In this document: positions 48,096-57,590 of the stretch, one piece after another | Position numbering within the stretch: position 1 is the first letter of the stretch | How the letters are laid out: each line of letters begins with the position of its first letter | Virus record (IMG/VR): IMGVR_UViG_3300046490_000164 | Span: 70,170-134,169 of that record | From: a virus | DNA length: 64,000 nucleotides | Reading direction: 5' to 3' (one strand) | The notes under the pieces: generated by a model | The model's input: the letters and a program-made list of their open reading frames with translations, nothing else | Databases searched by the model: none | Told to the model about the DNA's origin: nothing | Made by a program: the position numbers and the translations under genes

Positions 48096-49166
48096 ATGTC
48101 CATGTCCCCCGAGATGAAGCTCGCCCAGGCCCTTGGCGGCCTACCATCCACCGAGACGGAGAAGCTCGCCTCCAAGATGGAGGAGATGACCGTCGAGGAG
48201 CTCGAGGCGATCCTCAAGGACGAGGGAGTGGAGAAGCTCGCCTTGTCCACCAAGACCGTCGGGTCGGCGCTGGGCAAGAGGGCCATTCAAGTTGTGAAGG
48301 CCAATCGTCCGTCGAAGAGTCACGTAGAAGCACTCATGCGTGGTAACGACATCGCCAAGCAGCTGGACCACGCGCACCCTCAGTACGCGAAGTGGATCAA
48401 GAAGCACCCGATCAAGCAGCTGCCAATGGCGTTCCATGCCGGGGGGGAGCTCGCAAAGAAGTCATCTGTCGAGATGGCGGACAGCTGGGGACGTACCCTC
48501 GCCAAGACCGCAGCTCCTAGGTTCGGGGCCATGGTAGGCCAGGGGCTCAACGCTGCCATGCGCGTCAAGCCCGTGCTCGGCATGTCCGGCGCAGCCACTC
48601 GAGTCGCCGGCGGTGCGGCCATGGGCGCCATCGGTGGCGCAGGCAGCGCCATGATGTCTTCCCCGAACCCGCAGACGGGCCAGAAGCCCAGCATGCTCGG
48701 TCGTGCTGTCGTAGGTGCCGGCCTTGGTGCTGCCGGTGGTGCTGGCCTCAACGCTGCCGTAGCCGGCAAGGGCGCCATCGGTCAGGCAGCTCGAGGGGCC
48801 ATGAAGCAGGGCAAGGTCGCCACCAACGCCGCGAAGGCGGCCAAGCCGGCTGCCGCAGCAGCAAAGGCTGCCCCCGCTGTAGCTCCCGCGTCGGGGGCCG
48901 CCCCAGTGGGAGCACCTGCGCCGGCTCCACAAGTCCACCCCAGCCAGATCTCCCAGATGAAGGCTTCTGGTCTGGCCGAGGCTGAGATCGCTGGACGAGT
49001 CCGCACTGGCCGCGGTCTGCCTCCAATGGCCCCGTCCACTACGGATGTCGCCAGGAGCCGCGCTCTTCACATGCAGACCTCCGCCCAGGCGAACAGCGCA
49101 CGCAACCGGGTAGCTCAGATGACCGGTGGGCAGGCGCAGAACTTCGTCATCCAGCCCAGGGCATAG
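48096..49166 (+). CDS. Gly/Ala-rich hypothetical protein (possible membrane or internal virion protein)
   Basis: RBS TAGGAGAAC. 356 aa with long runs such as GAAMGAIGGAGSAMM and GAGLGAAGGAGLNAAVAGKG. Confidence 0.5.
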   Translation: MSMSPEMKLAQALGGLPSTETEKLASKMEEMTVEELEAILKDEGVEKLALSTKTVGSALGKRAIQVVKANRPSKSHVEALMRGNDIAKQLDHAHPQYAKWIKKHPIKQLPMAFHAGGELAKKSSVEMADSWGRTLAKTAAPRFGAMVGQGLNAAMRVKPVLGMSGAATRVAGGAAMGAIGGAGSAMMSSPNPQTGQKPSMLGRAVVGAGLGAAGGAGLNAAVAGKGAIGQAARGAMKQGKVATNAAKAAKPAAAAAKAAPAVAPASGAAPVGAPAPAPQVHPSQISQMKASGLAEAEIAGRVRTGRGLPPMAPSTTDVARSRALHMQTSAQANSARNRVAQMTGGQAQNFVIQPRA

Positions 49167-49171
49167 GGCTC

Positions 49172-50080
49172 ATGCTGAAGGTCACGAAGCTCGAAGTTAG
49201 GTCGCTCGACCTCGACCACCTGGACGTCTTCTGGGTGATTGGGAACGTGCCTGGCCCGAGGCGTGACGAAGACCCACACGAGATCCTGTCGTACCAGTTC
49301 TTCATCCTTCGGGCCGGGGACAGCCCGATGGGTCCGTACGAGCAGATCGCCGGACCCTTCGTCGACCAGTACAGCTTCCGCGACTCGCAGGTCACTCTCC
49401 TGCACAAGTGGCGGCAGTATCACTACAAGCTGCGCGTGGTCGATCGTCGAACCGGGGAATCGGAGGAGTTCGGCCCTGCATCGTCGGGGGCCGCTCCTCC
49501 GGACCTCATCCAGCGCGAGATCATGCGCCAGGAGGACATCCTCTTCAGGGAGTTCACCGGTCGCCGCTGCTGGCTCTTCCCTGTTAGGACCTTCGGCCCG
49601 CGTTGCTCCTGCTTCGACATGACAACTGGGCGTGTCACTCGCTCCAACCACGCGCTCTGCTACGGCACCGGCTTCTTGGGTGGCTTCATGTCCCCCATCG
49701 AGGTCTTCGTCCAGATCGACCCCAACAACGTCAACACCGCATCATCGTCACTTCAAGAGGTGCAGCAGAGCGACACCTCCGCGAGACTGATCTCCTTCCC
49801 ACCCGTCAACCCCCAAGACATACTGGTGGAGGCAGAGAACAGGCGTTGGCGAGTCATCAACATGATGCCAACAGAGCGTCTTCGCGCGATGGTGCGGCAG
49901 GAGCTTAGGATTCACGAGGTACCGAGAGGCGACATCATCTACGACCTCCCGCTGAGAGTGGACCTGAGCGTGTCCTCGTCGGCCAGGAGGAACTTCACGA
50001 ACCCGCAGAACCTGGAGAACGATGGCGACATCTCGCCAATCCTTGCAGCTTACGGCGGCTTTCCACCGGGGACTCTATGA
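49172..50080 (+). CDS. Hypothetical protein
   Basis: 302-aa ORF. Confidence 0.5.
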   Translation: MLKVTKLEVRSLDLDHLDVFWVIGNVPGPRRDEDPHEILSYQFFILRAGDSPMGPYEQIAGPFVDQYSFRDSQVTLLHKWRQYHYKLRVVDRRTGESEEFGPASSGAAPPDLIQREIMRQEDILFREFTGRRCWLFPVRTFGPRCSCFDMTTGRVTRSNHALCYGTGFLGGFMSPIEVFVQIDPNNVNTASSSLQEVQQSDTSARLISFPPVNPQDILVEAENRRWRVINMMPTERLRAMVRQELRIHEVPRGDIIYDLPLRVDLSVSSSARRNFTNPQNLENDGDISPILAAYGGFPPGTL

Positions 50081-50375
50081 CGAGCTGGAGAAGATCTCCG
50101 CCGCCAAGGGGATCTCCGCCGAAGATCGTCAGCGCCGCGAGAAGCTGAAGAAGTGGGCCAAGAACACGGCCCTCTTCGCAGCCGGCACGGGTGCGGGGAC
50201 TGGCACCGCCATGATTGGTGAGCGCCTCATCTCGAGTGCGTTCGGAGCGCGATGGAAGGCCATGCCGAAGTCCAAGCAGATGGCCATCCTCGGCCCAGCA
50301 ATCGGTATCGCCAGCGTGGGTGGGGCACTCTTGATGAGGAAGGCTCTGGAAGAGAAGCGGAAGGCCGATGAGTGA
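50022..50375 (+). CDS. Small Gly/Ala-rich protein with the LYDELEKIS motif (paralog family member 5)
   Basis: Begins ...TAAFHRGLYDELEKISAAKG and carries the Gly/Ala stretch LFAAGTGAGTGTAMIG. The start is uncertain; the track start overlaps the upstream gene by 59 nt, and a downstream TTG at about 50043 is possible. Confidence 0.45.
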   Translation: MATSRQSLQLTAAFHRGLYDELEKISAAKGISAEDRQRREKLKKWAKNTALFAAGTGAGTGTAMIGERLISSAFGARWKAMPKSKQMAILGPAIGIASVGGALLMRKALEEKRKADE

Positions 50376-51162
50376 GGTCGTCAACAAGAGCATTCCACTC
50401 GCTCAGGGACTGGGAGAGGACCCCCTCTTCCAGTACGTCCGCATCTTCACGAAGTTCCTCCAGCTCGCCTTCAGCAGCTTCGAGAAGGGGCAATTCCGGT
50501 GGTGTGATGACCTCGCCCTGACAGACCTCATCATCCAGGGCGAAGGGACTGTGCTGCGCGAGGTGGTCGAGAAGAGACCAGCCATCATCGTCGCTCGCGG
50601 GCCCGTGGCCTTCACCAACATCGCATTGGACCAGTTCGCGGGTCCGCTCCTCGACCCCAAGACCGGTAGGCTGACGGCGAACCAGGATCTCGAGACAGGG
50701 GCCAGGAGGCACACAGACCTTCTCGCCTCCTCTGTGTCCTTCAACTGCCTCTCGTCGGTGGGTGTCGAAGCCGGCCGTATCGCATGGGTCTGCGCCTACG
50801 CCACGCGGACCCTCAAGCGTGCCCTCATGCGTGCCGGTATGCACCGCGTGGGGGAGGACATCCAGGTTGGTGCCGAATCGGCACCAGGCGCCATCGTCCA
50901 ACCCGACCAGGGCGAGATCATCATGGTGACGGTGTCGGTGCCGTTCTTCTTCCAGCAGACCTGGACGACGACGCCTTTGGACAAAACTCTTCTCAATCAG
51001 GTCACTCTGGCCCTAAGGTCAGAAGTCGGATACCCCGCCCAAGACGCTGCTGTTCTTGCTGGGCCGGGGATGAACGGGATGCCGCTTCAAAACGTCAAGA
51101 GCGTCTCTCTCAACCAGGTCGTGATCACCACCGGAACCGGTGGGCTCAGGGCCAAGAAGTAA
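50368..51162 (+). CDS. Hypothetical protein
   Basis: 264-aa ORF; its start overlaps the upstream stop. Confidence 0.5.
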   Translation: MSEVVNKSIPLAQGLGEDPLFQYVRIFTKFLQLAFSSFEKGQFRWCDDLALTDLIIQGEGTVLREVVEKRPAIIVARGPVAFTNIALDQFAGPLLDPKTGRLTANQDLETGARRHTDLLASSVSFNCLSSVGVEAGRIAWVCAYATRTLKRALMRAGMHRVGEDIQVGAESAPGAIVQPDQGEIIMVTVSVPFFFQQTWTTTPLDKTLLNQVTLALRSEVGYPAQDAAVLAGPGMNGMPLQNVKSVSLNQVVITTGTGGLRAKK

Positions 51163-51174
51163 AGGAGCGGAATC

Positions 51175-54100
51175 ATGGCGACTGGTGAGCTGCTGCGGCC
51201 GGGCGTCGAGGTCATCCAGTCCTTCAAGGCCACGGCCCCATCGTTCGTGCGGCCGACACTGGCGCCTTGCGTGGTCGGTGCTGCGTTCGAGGTCATCAAC
51301 GTCCTCAACACGGACGGGACCGTCAACGCGAAGGCCAAGTACGGGATCTACGACCAGTTCGGCAAGTCCATCACCGAGAGCTCGTTCCCCGACCCACGGG
51401 GCAACATCGACGAGCTCGACATCCAGGAGGACACGGTCCGTCCCTTCCTCCTGGCTGGTGGCGTGCTCTCCGAGTTGGCAGTCCGTCCCCACGGCTCCGC
51501 CTTCCTGAAGGGCGCCAACCTCGCCTCCAAGGCCGTCTTCCACACCCTGCCCTTCTCTGGGGCCACCGGCCTCGCCCTGAACGGCAAGGTGCTGGTCCTC
51601 TCGATCGACAACCCGACGCCGAGCAACACCGCGAACGACGTGGTCGTCACCTTCCTGGGCGCAGGCAACCTGACCTCCCAGATGGCGGCTGACCAGATCA
51701 ACTCGGCTGCCGGCCAGGTCATCGCCACCGTCAAGGGGACCGCCCCCTCGGACTACGTGGCGATCTCCTCCCCCACCTTCGGCGCTCTCTCGAGCATCAC
51801 GGTCCGCGCCGGCGCATCGGCCAACCAGACGCTCGGCATCGGCTGGACCACGGCCACGCACGAAGAGCGCGTGGTCGGTGCCGGCTTCCGCGCCCAGGAC
51901 GACAACAACAAGGACACCCAGTCCCCCTGGATCGAGTTCTTCAACGGCGCCTACTACCTCGACGGCGTCGACACGACCTTTGCAGCCCGAGCCTTCCTCA
52001 CCAAGCTCGACGGCACGGAGACGTCGGTCAAGAACACCCCGTCCCTCGCCTACCTCGGCTCTACGCCGACCCACCCTCTCAAGGTGGGCGACTACTTCTT
52101 CTGCGACGGCGTGCGCCCCAACGGCGCCGAGGTCATGAAGGTGGAGCAGAGCCGCTTCAAGCTCGGCACCATCAACCCGGTCCTCTCCACCGCAGACGCG
52201 AACGGGACCTACACCAACAAGGTGTACGACATCTCCCAGGTCGGCCTGCTCGTCGACTCCAACCCGTTCAGCCCGACCTACGCCTACTTCCGGGCGAACG
52301 GAATCGACTGGGCCAGCACGGTGGCCACTGCCGCCTCCGTCACCGGCTCGGCCGGCACGGCCGCAACGCGCGGGACGATCCTCGGGACCGGCGCAGCAGC
52401 AGGACCCTTCGCCATCACCGGCCTCACCCTCGTGTGGTCCTCGATCGCTGACGGCGTGTCGAACAGCGGGACCTTCATCTTCCCCTCCGACACCTACCTC
52501 ACCATGAGCGACGTGGCTGCTGCGCTCGTGGGACGCATCCCCGGCGTGACGCCCTCGAACGTGGCCGGTCAGCTCAGCCTGGCCACCACCAAGACGGGCG
52601 CAAGCCAGACCGTCACGGTCAAGCCCGGCACGTGCAACTCGATCCTCGGCCTCCCTGCCGTCGAGACGAGCGCCACGGGTGTCGACGTCTCCTTCACAGG
52701 CATCACGGGCAAGGCGCTCTCCTTCAAGTTCGACGACAACGCCCACGTCGTCTCCCTCACCTGCACCTCGGACAGCCTCGACGTCCTGGTGAGCGACATC
52801 AACACGGCGCTCGGCGTCGCGGTAGCGTCGAAGAACGGGGCCGGCACGGCCCTCGTCCTGACATCCCCGCTGCGTGGCCTGGCCTCGAGGATCGAGGTCA
52901 TCGTCCCCAGCCCGACCCAGGCCGAGACGCTGCTCGGTCTCACGGGCGGGAGCGCCCTCGCCACTGGCACGGGCCGCCCCTACCCGGAGGCGTACCTCAA
53001 CAGCTCCAGCGTCCTGCACATCTCTCCCGAGATCCTGCGTGATGTGACCACCGGCAACCCGCTCGACCAGAGCTACAACACGGGCCTGCTCTACATCCAG
53101 TTCAAGGCCCTCCGCCGCGACGTCACTGCCGTGGCGCAGGTGGCCGGTGTGCTGAAGATCACCGACACCGACACCCTCTCGACGGTGCTCGACCCGCTCA
53201 CCGAGGAGAACCCGCTCGGCCTGGGGCTCTTCCTCTGCATGGTCAACGCGCCCACGTACGAGGTGAAGGGCCTGGGCATCGACACGGTGACCGGCGCAGC
53301 TCCCGAAGGCACCCAGGACGCCTGGGCTCGCGCCGTCTCGATGCTCGAGACCGAGGAGATCTACGCCATCGCCCCGCTCACCAACGACCCGGTGGTGCAC
53401 GGGATCCTGGCGACCCACGCCACGGTGATGAGCCAGCCCGAGCTCACAGGCGAGCGCATCGTCTTCATCAACAAGAAGGAGCCGGTCCGGAAGAACCCGA
53501 CCATCACCATCTCCGGCTCGCAGGCCAACTCGACAAGCCAGACGAACGAGCTGCTCCTCGACTCGGACCCGACCCCGGGCCTGGTCGCCGCGGGCATCAC
53601 CACGGTGGGCCTCGTCCCGGCGACCGCCGGCGTCTACGTCGAGGTCGTGGTCGACAGCCAGCTCCGTCGCTACAACGTCTCGAGCGTGGCCGGCGCCCTG
53701 GTCGGCTTCCGCACCTCGTTCGCAGCAGGCGGGAACGACGACGCCTTCTACAGCACCGTCACGATGTCGAGCGCGGTCATCAACGCCGCCTACTCCGTCA
53801 ACGTGCGCGGTGACTCGCTCATCGTCCCCGGCTCCAATCCTCCTCGCCTCGACTACTCGACCATGGCGAGCGTGGTGTCGGACGCCAACTCGAGCATCAA
53901 GAACCGCCGCGTCTTCTCGGTCTTCCCCGACACCGTGAAGACGATGGTGGCCGGCATCGAGAAGAGCCTGCCTGGCTACTACGGCTGCGCGGCCATCGTC
54001 GGCATGGTGGCGGCCCAGCCTCCGCAGCAGGGCTTCACCAACTTCCCCATCACCGGCCTCACCGGTGTGTCTGGCCCCGAGAAGTTCACCCGTCGCCAGC

Positions 54101-54489
54101 TCAACATCATGGCCGGTGGCGGTACCTACATCCTGGTGCAGGACGCTCCTGGTGGCGCGGTCTACTGCCGCCACCAGGTCTCCACCGACCTCACGATGGT
54201 GGAGACGCGAGAGCTCTCCATCACCAAGGTGGTGGACTTCGTGGCGAAGTTCCTTCGTCTCGGTGTGCGTCGCTTCATCGGTGTGAACAACATCAACGCC
54301 AACCTCCTCGACACGCTCGGAGCAACTGTCCACGCCATCCTCCAGTTCCTCGACGAGGGTGGGGTGCTGAATGGGTTCAGCGTCAACAACATCGCCCAGG
54401 ACAAGAGCAACCCGGACACGGTCCTCATCGACGTGACCCTCCAAGTGCCGTACCCCTGCAACTACATACGCCTCACGCTGGTTATCTGA
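51175..54489 (+). CDS. Large Thr/Ser/Gly/Ala/Val-rich virion protein (tail sheath- or fiber-like)
   Basis: AAGGAGCGG RBS. 1104 aa with a beta-rich composition. Followed (after the HNH gene) by a 137-aa tube-like gene, which would fit a sheath-then-tube order. No diagnostic motif was recognised. Confidence 0.5.
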   Translation: MATGELLRPGVEVIQSFKATAPSFVRPTLAPCVVGAAFEVINVLNTDGTVNAKAKYGIYDQFGKSITESSFPDPRGNIDELDIQEDTVRPFLLAGGVLSELAVRPHGSAFLKGANLASKAVFHTLPFSGATGLALNGKVLVLSIDNPTPSNTANDVVVTFLGAGNLTSQMAADQINSAAGQVIATVKGTAPSDYVAISSPTFGALSSITVRAGASANQTLGIGWTTATHEERVVGAGFRAQDDNNKDTQSPWIEFFNGAYYLDGVDTTFAARAFLTKLDGTETSVKNTPSLAYLGSTPTHPLKVGDYFFCDGVRPNGAEVMKVEQSRFKLGTINPVLSTADANGTYTNKVYDISQVGLLVDSNPFSPTYAYFRANGIDWASTVATAASVTGSAGTAATRGTILGTGAAAGPFAITGLTLVWSSIADGVSNSGTFIFPSDTYLTMSDVAAALVGRIPGVTPSNVAGQLSLATTKTGASQTVTVKPGTCNSILGLPAVETSATGVDVSFTGITGKALSFKFDDNAHVVSLTCTSDSLDVLVSDINTALGVAVASKNGAGTALVLTSPLRGLASRIEVIVPSPTQAETLLGLTGGSALATGTGRPYPEAYLNSSSVLHISPEILRDVTTGNPLDQSYNTGLLYIQFKALRRDVTAVAQVAGVLKITDTDTLSTVLDPLTEENPLGLGLFLCMVNAPTYEVKGLGIDTVTGAAPEGTQDAWARAVSMLETEEIYAIAPLTNDPVVHGILATHATVMSQPELTGERIVFINKKEPVRKNPTITISGSQANSTSQTNELLLDSDPTPGLVAAGITTVGLVPATAGVYVEVVVDSQLRRYNVSSVAGALVGFRTSFAAGGNDDAFYSTVTMSSAVINAAYSVNVRGDSLIVPGSNPPRLDYSTMASVVSDANSSIKNRRVFSVFPDTVKTMVAGIEKSLPGYYGCAAIVGMVAAQPPQQGFTNFPITGLTGVSGPEKFTRRQLNIMAGGGTYILVQDAPGGAVYCRHQVSTDLTMVETRELSITKVVDFVAKFLRLGVRRFIGVNNINANLLDTLGATVHAILQFLDEGGVLNGFSVNNIAQDKSNPDTVLIDVTLQVPYPCNYIRLTLVI

Positions 54490-54532
54490 GGTAACTGACT
54501 CCTAGTGTGCTAGACTCCTCTCAGGGGGAGTC

Positions 54533-55183
54533 ATGGACAAGAAGAGGAGCTGCAAAGTGGTCGAGTGCGGGCGCGAAATGACGACGAGAGGGCTGTGCGG
54601 GAAGCACTACCGCCAGCTCCATCTCGGCATCATCGACGAGAACGGGGCCACGCTCCGCTCTCCAAAGCGCGCTGCGTCGTGGGCTGGGGCCGTCTGTGTT
54701 GTTGCCGGCTGCCCTAGCCCAGTCCGGACCAAAGGCTGGTGCGACAAGCACTATCAGCAGTTCCAGGCCGGGAACATCGACGAGCTCAGTAGGCCGACCG
54801 GAAAGCAGCGGTACTGGCACAACAAGGGCTACAGGACGTACATGCGGGGCTACCGCAAGGTGATGGCGGCCAAGGGCCACCCTCACGCCGACAAGGACGG
54901 CTACGTCTTGGAGCACCGTCTCGTGATGGAGAAGACGCTCGGCCGTTACCTGGAGCCGGGAGAAGTCGTCCACCACATCAACGGAGTTCGGGACGACAAC
55001 CGCCCCGAGAATCTTCAGCTCAGAGCAAGTCGTGCGGACCACGGCCATGGGCACGAAGAGATGAGATCGGTCGAGGCTGCCTTGCTCGTACTCGACCAGT
55101 TGGTGAACCCCGGCATGACTGGGGCAGACATGGTTCTCAAGAAGTTGCACAACCTCACCATCAGGCTCACCCTGGTCGTCTGA
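54533..55183 (+). CDS. HNH homing endonuclease
   Basis: Two N-terminal Zn modules (CKVVECGREMTTRGLCGKHY and CVVAGCPSPVRTKGWCDKHY). C-terminal HNH core VVHHINGVRDDNRPENLQL. Confidence 0.75.
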   Translation: MDKKRSCKVVECGREMTTRGLCGKHYRQLHLGIIDENGATLRSPKRAASWAGAVCVVAGCPSPVRTKGWCDKHYQQFQAGNIDELSRPTGKQRYWHNKGYRTYMRGYRKVMAAKGHPHADKDGYVLEHRLVMEKTLGRYLEPGEVVHHINGVRDDNRPENLQLRASRADHGHGHEEMRSVEAALLVLDQLVNPGMTGADMVLKKLHNLTIRLTLVV

Positions 55184-55214
55184 CCGAAGCCCCACACCCC
55201 GAAGGAGAATCACG

Positions 55215-55628
55215 ATGGCTCTCTCTGCCGACAAGAAGGTGCTGCTCCACAACCTGGCCGACCGCGGTGACGTGGTCGCCCAAGCGTTCCTCGACTCGTC
55301 GAAGGACGTGGTCCTCACCGCCGGCGTCGAAGGCGCTGGGGCCGCCAACTCCATCGACGTCACCGGCCAGATCGTGGACGGGATGGGCTACCCGGTGGCC
55401 GGCGTCCAGGACGTCCTGCTCACCTCTGTGCCCGTCTCTGGGGCCGGCACCACCACCGTCATCACCGGCACCGCGAAGTTCGGCTCGGCCTCGAAGCAGG
55501 TCTGGCTCCAGACCGACGCCACCGGCAAGTTCGTGGCTCGGGTGCTGAACGCCGCGGTCGAGGACAACCTGGTCCTGGTGCAGACCGGCAACGGCGACAC
55601 CGCAGCCCTCAAGATCACCTTCGCCTAA
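55215..55628 (+). CDS. Small beta-rich virion protein (tail tube- or Ig-like?)
   Basis: AAGGAGAATCACG RBS. 137 aa. Confidence 0.45.
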   Translation: MALSADKKVLLHNLADRGDVVAQAFLDSSKDVVLTAGVEGAGAANSIDVTGQIVDGMGYPVAGVQDVLLTSVPVSGAGTTTVITGTAKFGSASKQVWLQTDATGKFVARVLNAAVEDNLVLVQTGNGDTAALKITFA

Positions 55629-55662
55629 GAAGTAGCGAAGGTCCTCGAAGCAAGGAGCCATC

Positions 55663-56391
55663 ATGGCGACCCTCACAAACTGGAAGCCCTACAGCCAGAA
55701 GGTGGACAACTCGTCCGCCATGGGCGAGGGGCGCTTCGCATCTGGCGCGTACACGATGATCGCCGCGGGCCCTCCGAGGCTCTCGGCGGTCGGTGGGAGT
55801 ATCGCTGCGGCGGCCGAGACGTTCGGCTCTGCCGGCCGCAACTGGGCGTTGCCCATCGGCGTCGTCCAGAACTTCAGCCTCTCCCACAACAAGAACTTCT
55901 CGCGCTTCTTCGAGCTCGGCTCGGAGAGGTCGTACACCATCGGCGGGCGCACGGTCGCGCAGGCCGGGTTCAGCCGGGTGCTCTACAACGGCCCCTCGCT
56001 GCTTCGCATGATGTACGCCTTCTACAACGACATCCTCGCCCCGACGCTGGTGCCGACCTTCGGCGTCGACCCGTCCATCTCGGCGCTGGTGGCGAACCAG
56101 CACAACGTGAAGATCCCGCCTGGGTTCGAGAACATCTACCTCAACCTGGCCTCGGACCTCTTCTCGCAGCCCTGCGGTCTCCTCGTCTACATGATGGACT
56201 CGAACGAGACGACCCTGGGCGCCTGCTACCTCGAGGAGACGTACATCCCGTCCCACTCCATCGCCACCGATGCGCAGGGGTGCGTGATGCAGGAGCAGGT
56301 CTCGCTTCAGCCGGAGCGCGTGGTCCCCATCGCCGTGAAGAGCATCTCTCTCATCGAGAGCGGCATCGAGGAAGCACTGAACGCCGGCTAG
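55663..56391 (+). CDS. Hypothetical virion protein
   Basis: AAGGAGCC RBS. 242 aa. Last gene of the plus-strand block. Confidence 0.5.
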   Translation: MATLTNWKPYSQKVDNSSAMGEGRFASGAYTMIAAGPPRLSAVGGSIAAAAETFGSAGRNWALPIGVVQNFSLSHNKNFSRFFELGSERSYTIGGRTVAQAGFSRVLYNGPSLLRMMYAFYNDILAPTLVPTFGVDPSISALVANQHNVKIPPGFENIYLNLASDLFSQPCGLLVYMMDSNETTLGACYLEETYIPSHSIATDAQGCVMQEQVSLQPERVVPIAVKSISLIESGIEEALNAG

Positions 56392-56456
56392 GTCTCACCC
56401 GGGCGCGGTCCCGCTGCCCACCAGCCGACCCTAGAGGGGGAAGGCTCCTACCGCAC

Positions 56457-56482
56457 GAGGGAGGCCCACAGGACCGGGCCTC
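56457..56482. terminator. Bidirectional intrinsic terminator (GGGAGGCCC...GGGCCTCCC followed by TTTCTCATTTCT)
   Basis: Read directly from the sequence. Lies between the convergent genes 55663-56391 (+) and the csp gene (-). Confidence 0.55.
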
Positions 56483-56488
56483 CCTTTC

Positions 56489-56707
56489 TCATTTCTGGGG
56501 CTCTTCGACTCGGCGGACCTTGGCAGCCTGGAGCTTGTTGCCCTTGCCGATCTCAGTCTCGAACTCGACTCGCTCCCCCTCCACCAGCTCTCTGAAGCCA
56601 TCCATCCTGATGGCCGAGTAGTGGACGAAGATGTCCTTGCCCCCACCGTCTGGGAGCAGGAAGCCGAATCCCTTTACACTGGAGAACCACTTGACTGTGC
56701 CTTGCAT
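56489..56707 (-). CDS. cspA: Cold-shock protein (CspA family)
   Basis: 72 aa. [33 protein letters not shown] with the RNP1/RNP2 motifs KGFGFI and VFVHY. Confidence 0.85.
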   Translation of the reverse strand: MQGTVKWFSSVKGFGFLLPDGGGKDIFVHYSAIRMDGFRELVEGERVEFETEIGKGNKLQAAKVRRVEEPQK

Positions 56708-56809
56708 GATCCCTCAATAGGACCATTCTCTTGGCAGAGGGCTGGTGTGGGAATGAGAAAGGCCGCCCCTCCCTCTCGGAAGAGCGGCCTCGTGCTGCTG
56801 CCTCACGGG

Positions 56810-57346
56810 CTAGGCGGTGATGGGTGGGAACGGCGCCTGCACCTGGTGCTGCGGGACGGCCGGGGCGGCCACGGGTGCGTGGACCTGCATCGGGAGCTGC
56901 GGCTGGGTTGGGGCCGCCTTCGTGGCCTTGACCACCGTCGCGGAGACCGAGACCGGGTCCTTCTCGGCCTTCGGCTGTGCCTCGTTTGCGGCCTTCTCGG
57001 CCTTCGTCTCCCCGAAGACCTCGAGGCGCTTCTCCCTCATGAGCTCCGCCACTACCTCGATCTCGTGCCCCAGAGAGATGGGGGCCTGCGAGTCGAGGAG
57101 GACGTACACCGACGCGAGGGAAGCGAGGTGCGTCTGGAGTGCGGTGAGGTCCGTCGTCTTCTTCACGGAGATGGTGCCGTCCGTGAGGAGGTTCGCTGGG
57201 ATGGTGTCCGGGTAGGTCTTCGTTCCGGCGCCATAGGCTACGGCCTTGGTCCTGCGTGTCTTCTTCGCCGGCGAGGCGGTCTTGGGGGCCTTCTCGGCTG
57301 CGCGCTGCGCTGCTGTCTTGGACCGATCGTACTGACCACGGGGCAT
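56810..57346 (-). CDS. Hypothetical Lys/Ala-rich protein
   Basis: Start trimmed to ATG 57346-57344 (MPRGQYDRSKT) with an AAAGGAAC RBS. 178 aa. Confidence 0.45.
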   Translation of the reverse strand: MPRGQYDRSKTAAQRAAEKAPKTASPAKKTRRTKAVAYGAGTKTYPDTIPANLLTDGTISVKKTTDLTALQTHLASLASVYVLLDSQAPISLGHEIEVVAELMREKRLEVFGETKAEKAANEAQPKAEKDPVSVSATVVKATKAAPTQPQLPMQVHAPVAAPAVPQHQVQAPFPPITA

Positions 57347-57386
57347 CGGGTAGTTCCTTTCTAGAGGGGGAAGCGTCTTCTTCTTA

Positions 57387-57590
57387 CTACTTCTTCGAGG
57401 AAGAGCAAGACGCCTCTTGAGTCGGAAGGCTGTCTGCCGTCTCGAAGAACCTAGCAAGAATCCTAGCCGCCAGGTCTGACTTTGAGGCCCTCTTCCCCGT
57501 CTTCACTTCCGCGTCCCTCTTGAGCTCTTCCAGCTTGGCTGAGAGTTCTCTGGACAACGGGATCTCGAGTCGGTATGGTTTCATCCTCAT
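57387..57590 (-). CDS. Ribbon-helix-helix (Arc/CopG-like) DNA-binding protein
   Basis: Start trimmed to ATG 57590-57588 (MRMKPYRLEIPLSRELSAKLEELKRDAE...SKSDLAARILARFF) with a GGAGTGAGG RBS. The pattern is a beta-strand followed by two helices. Confidence 0.5.
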   Translation of the reverse strand: MRMKPYRLEIPLSRELSAKLEELKRDAEVKTGKRASKSDLAARILARFFETADSLPTQEASCSSSKK

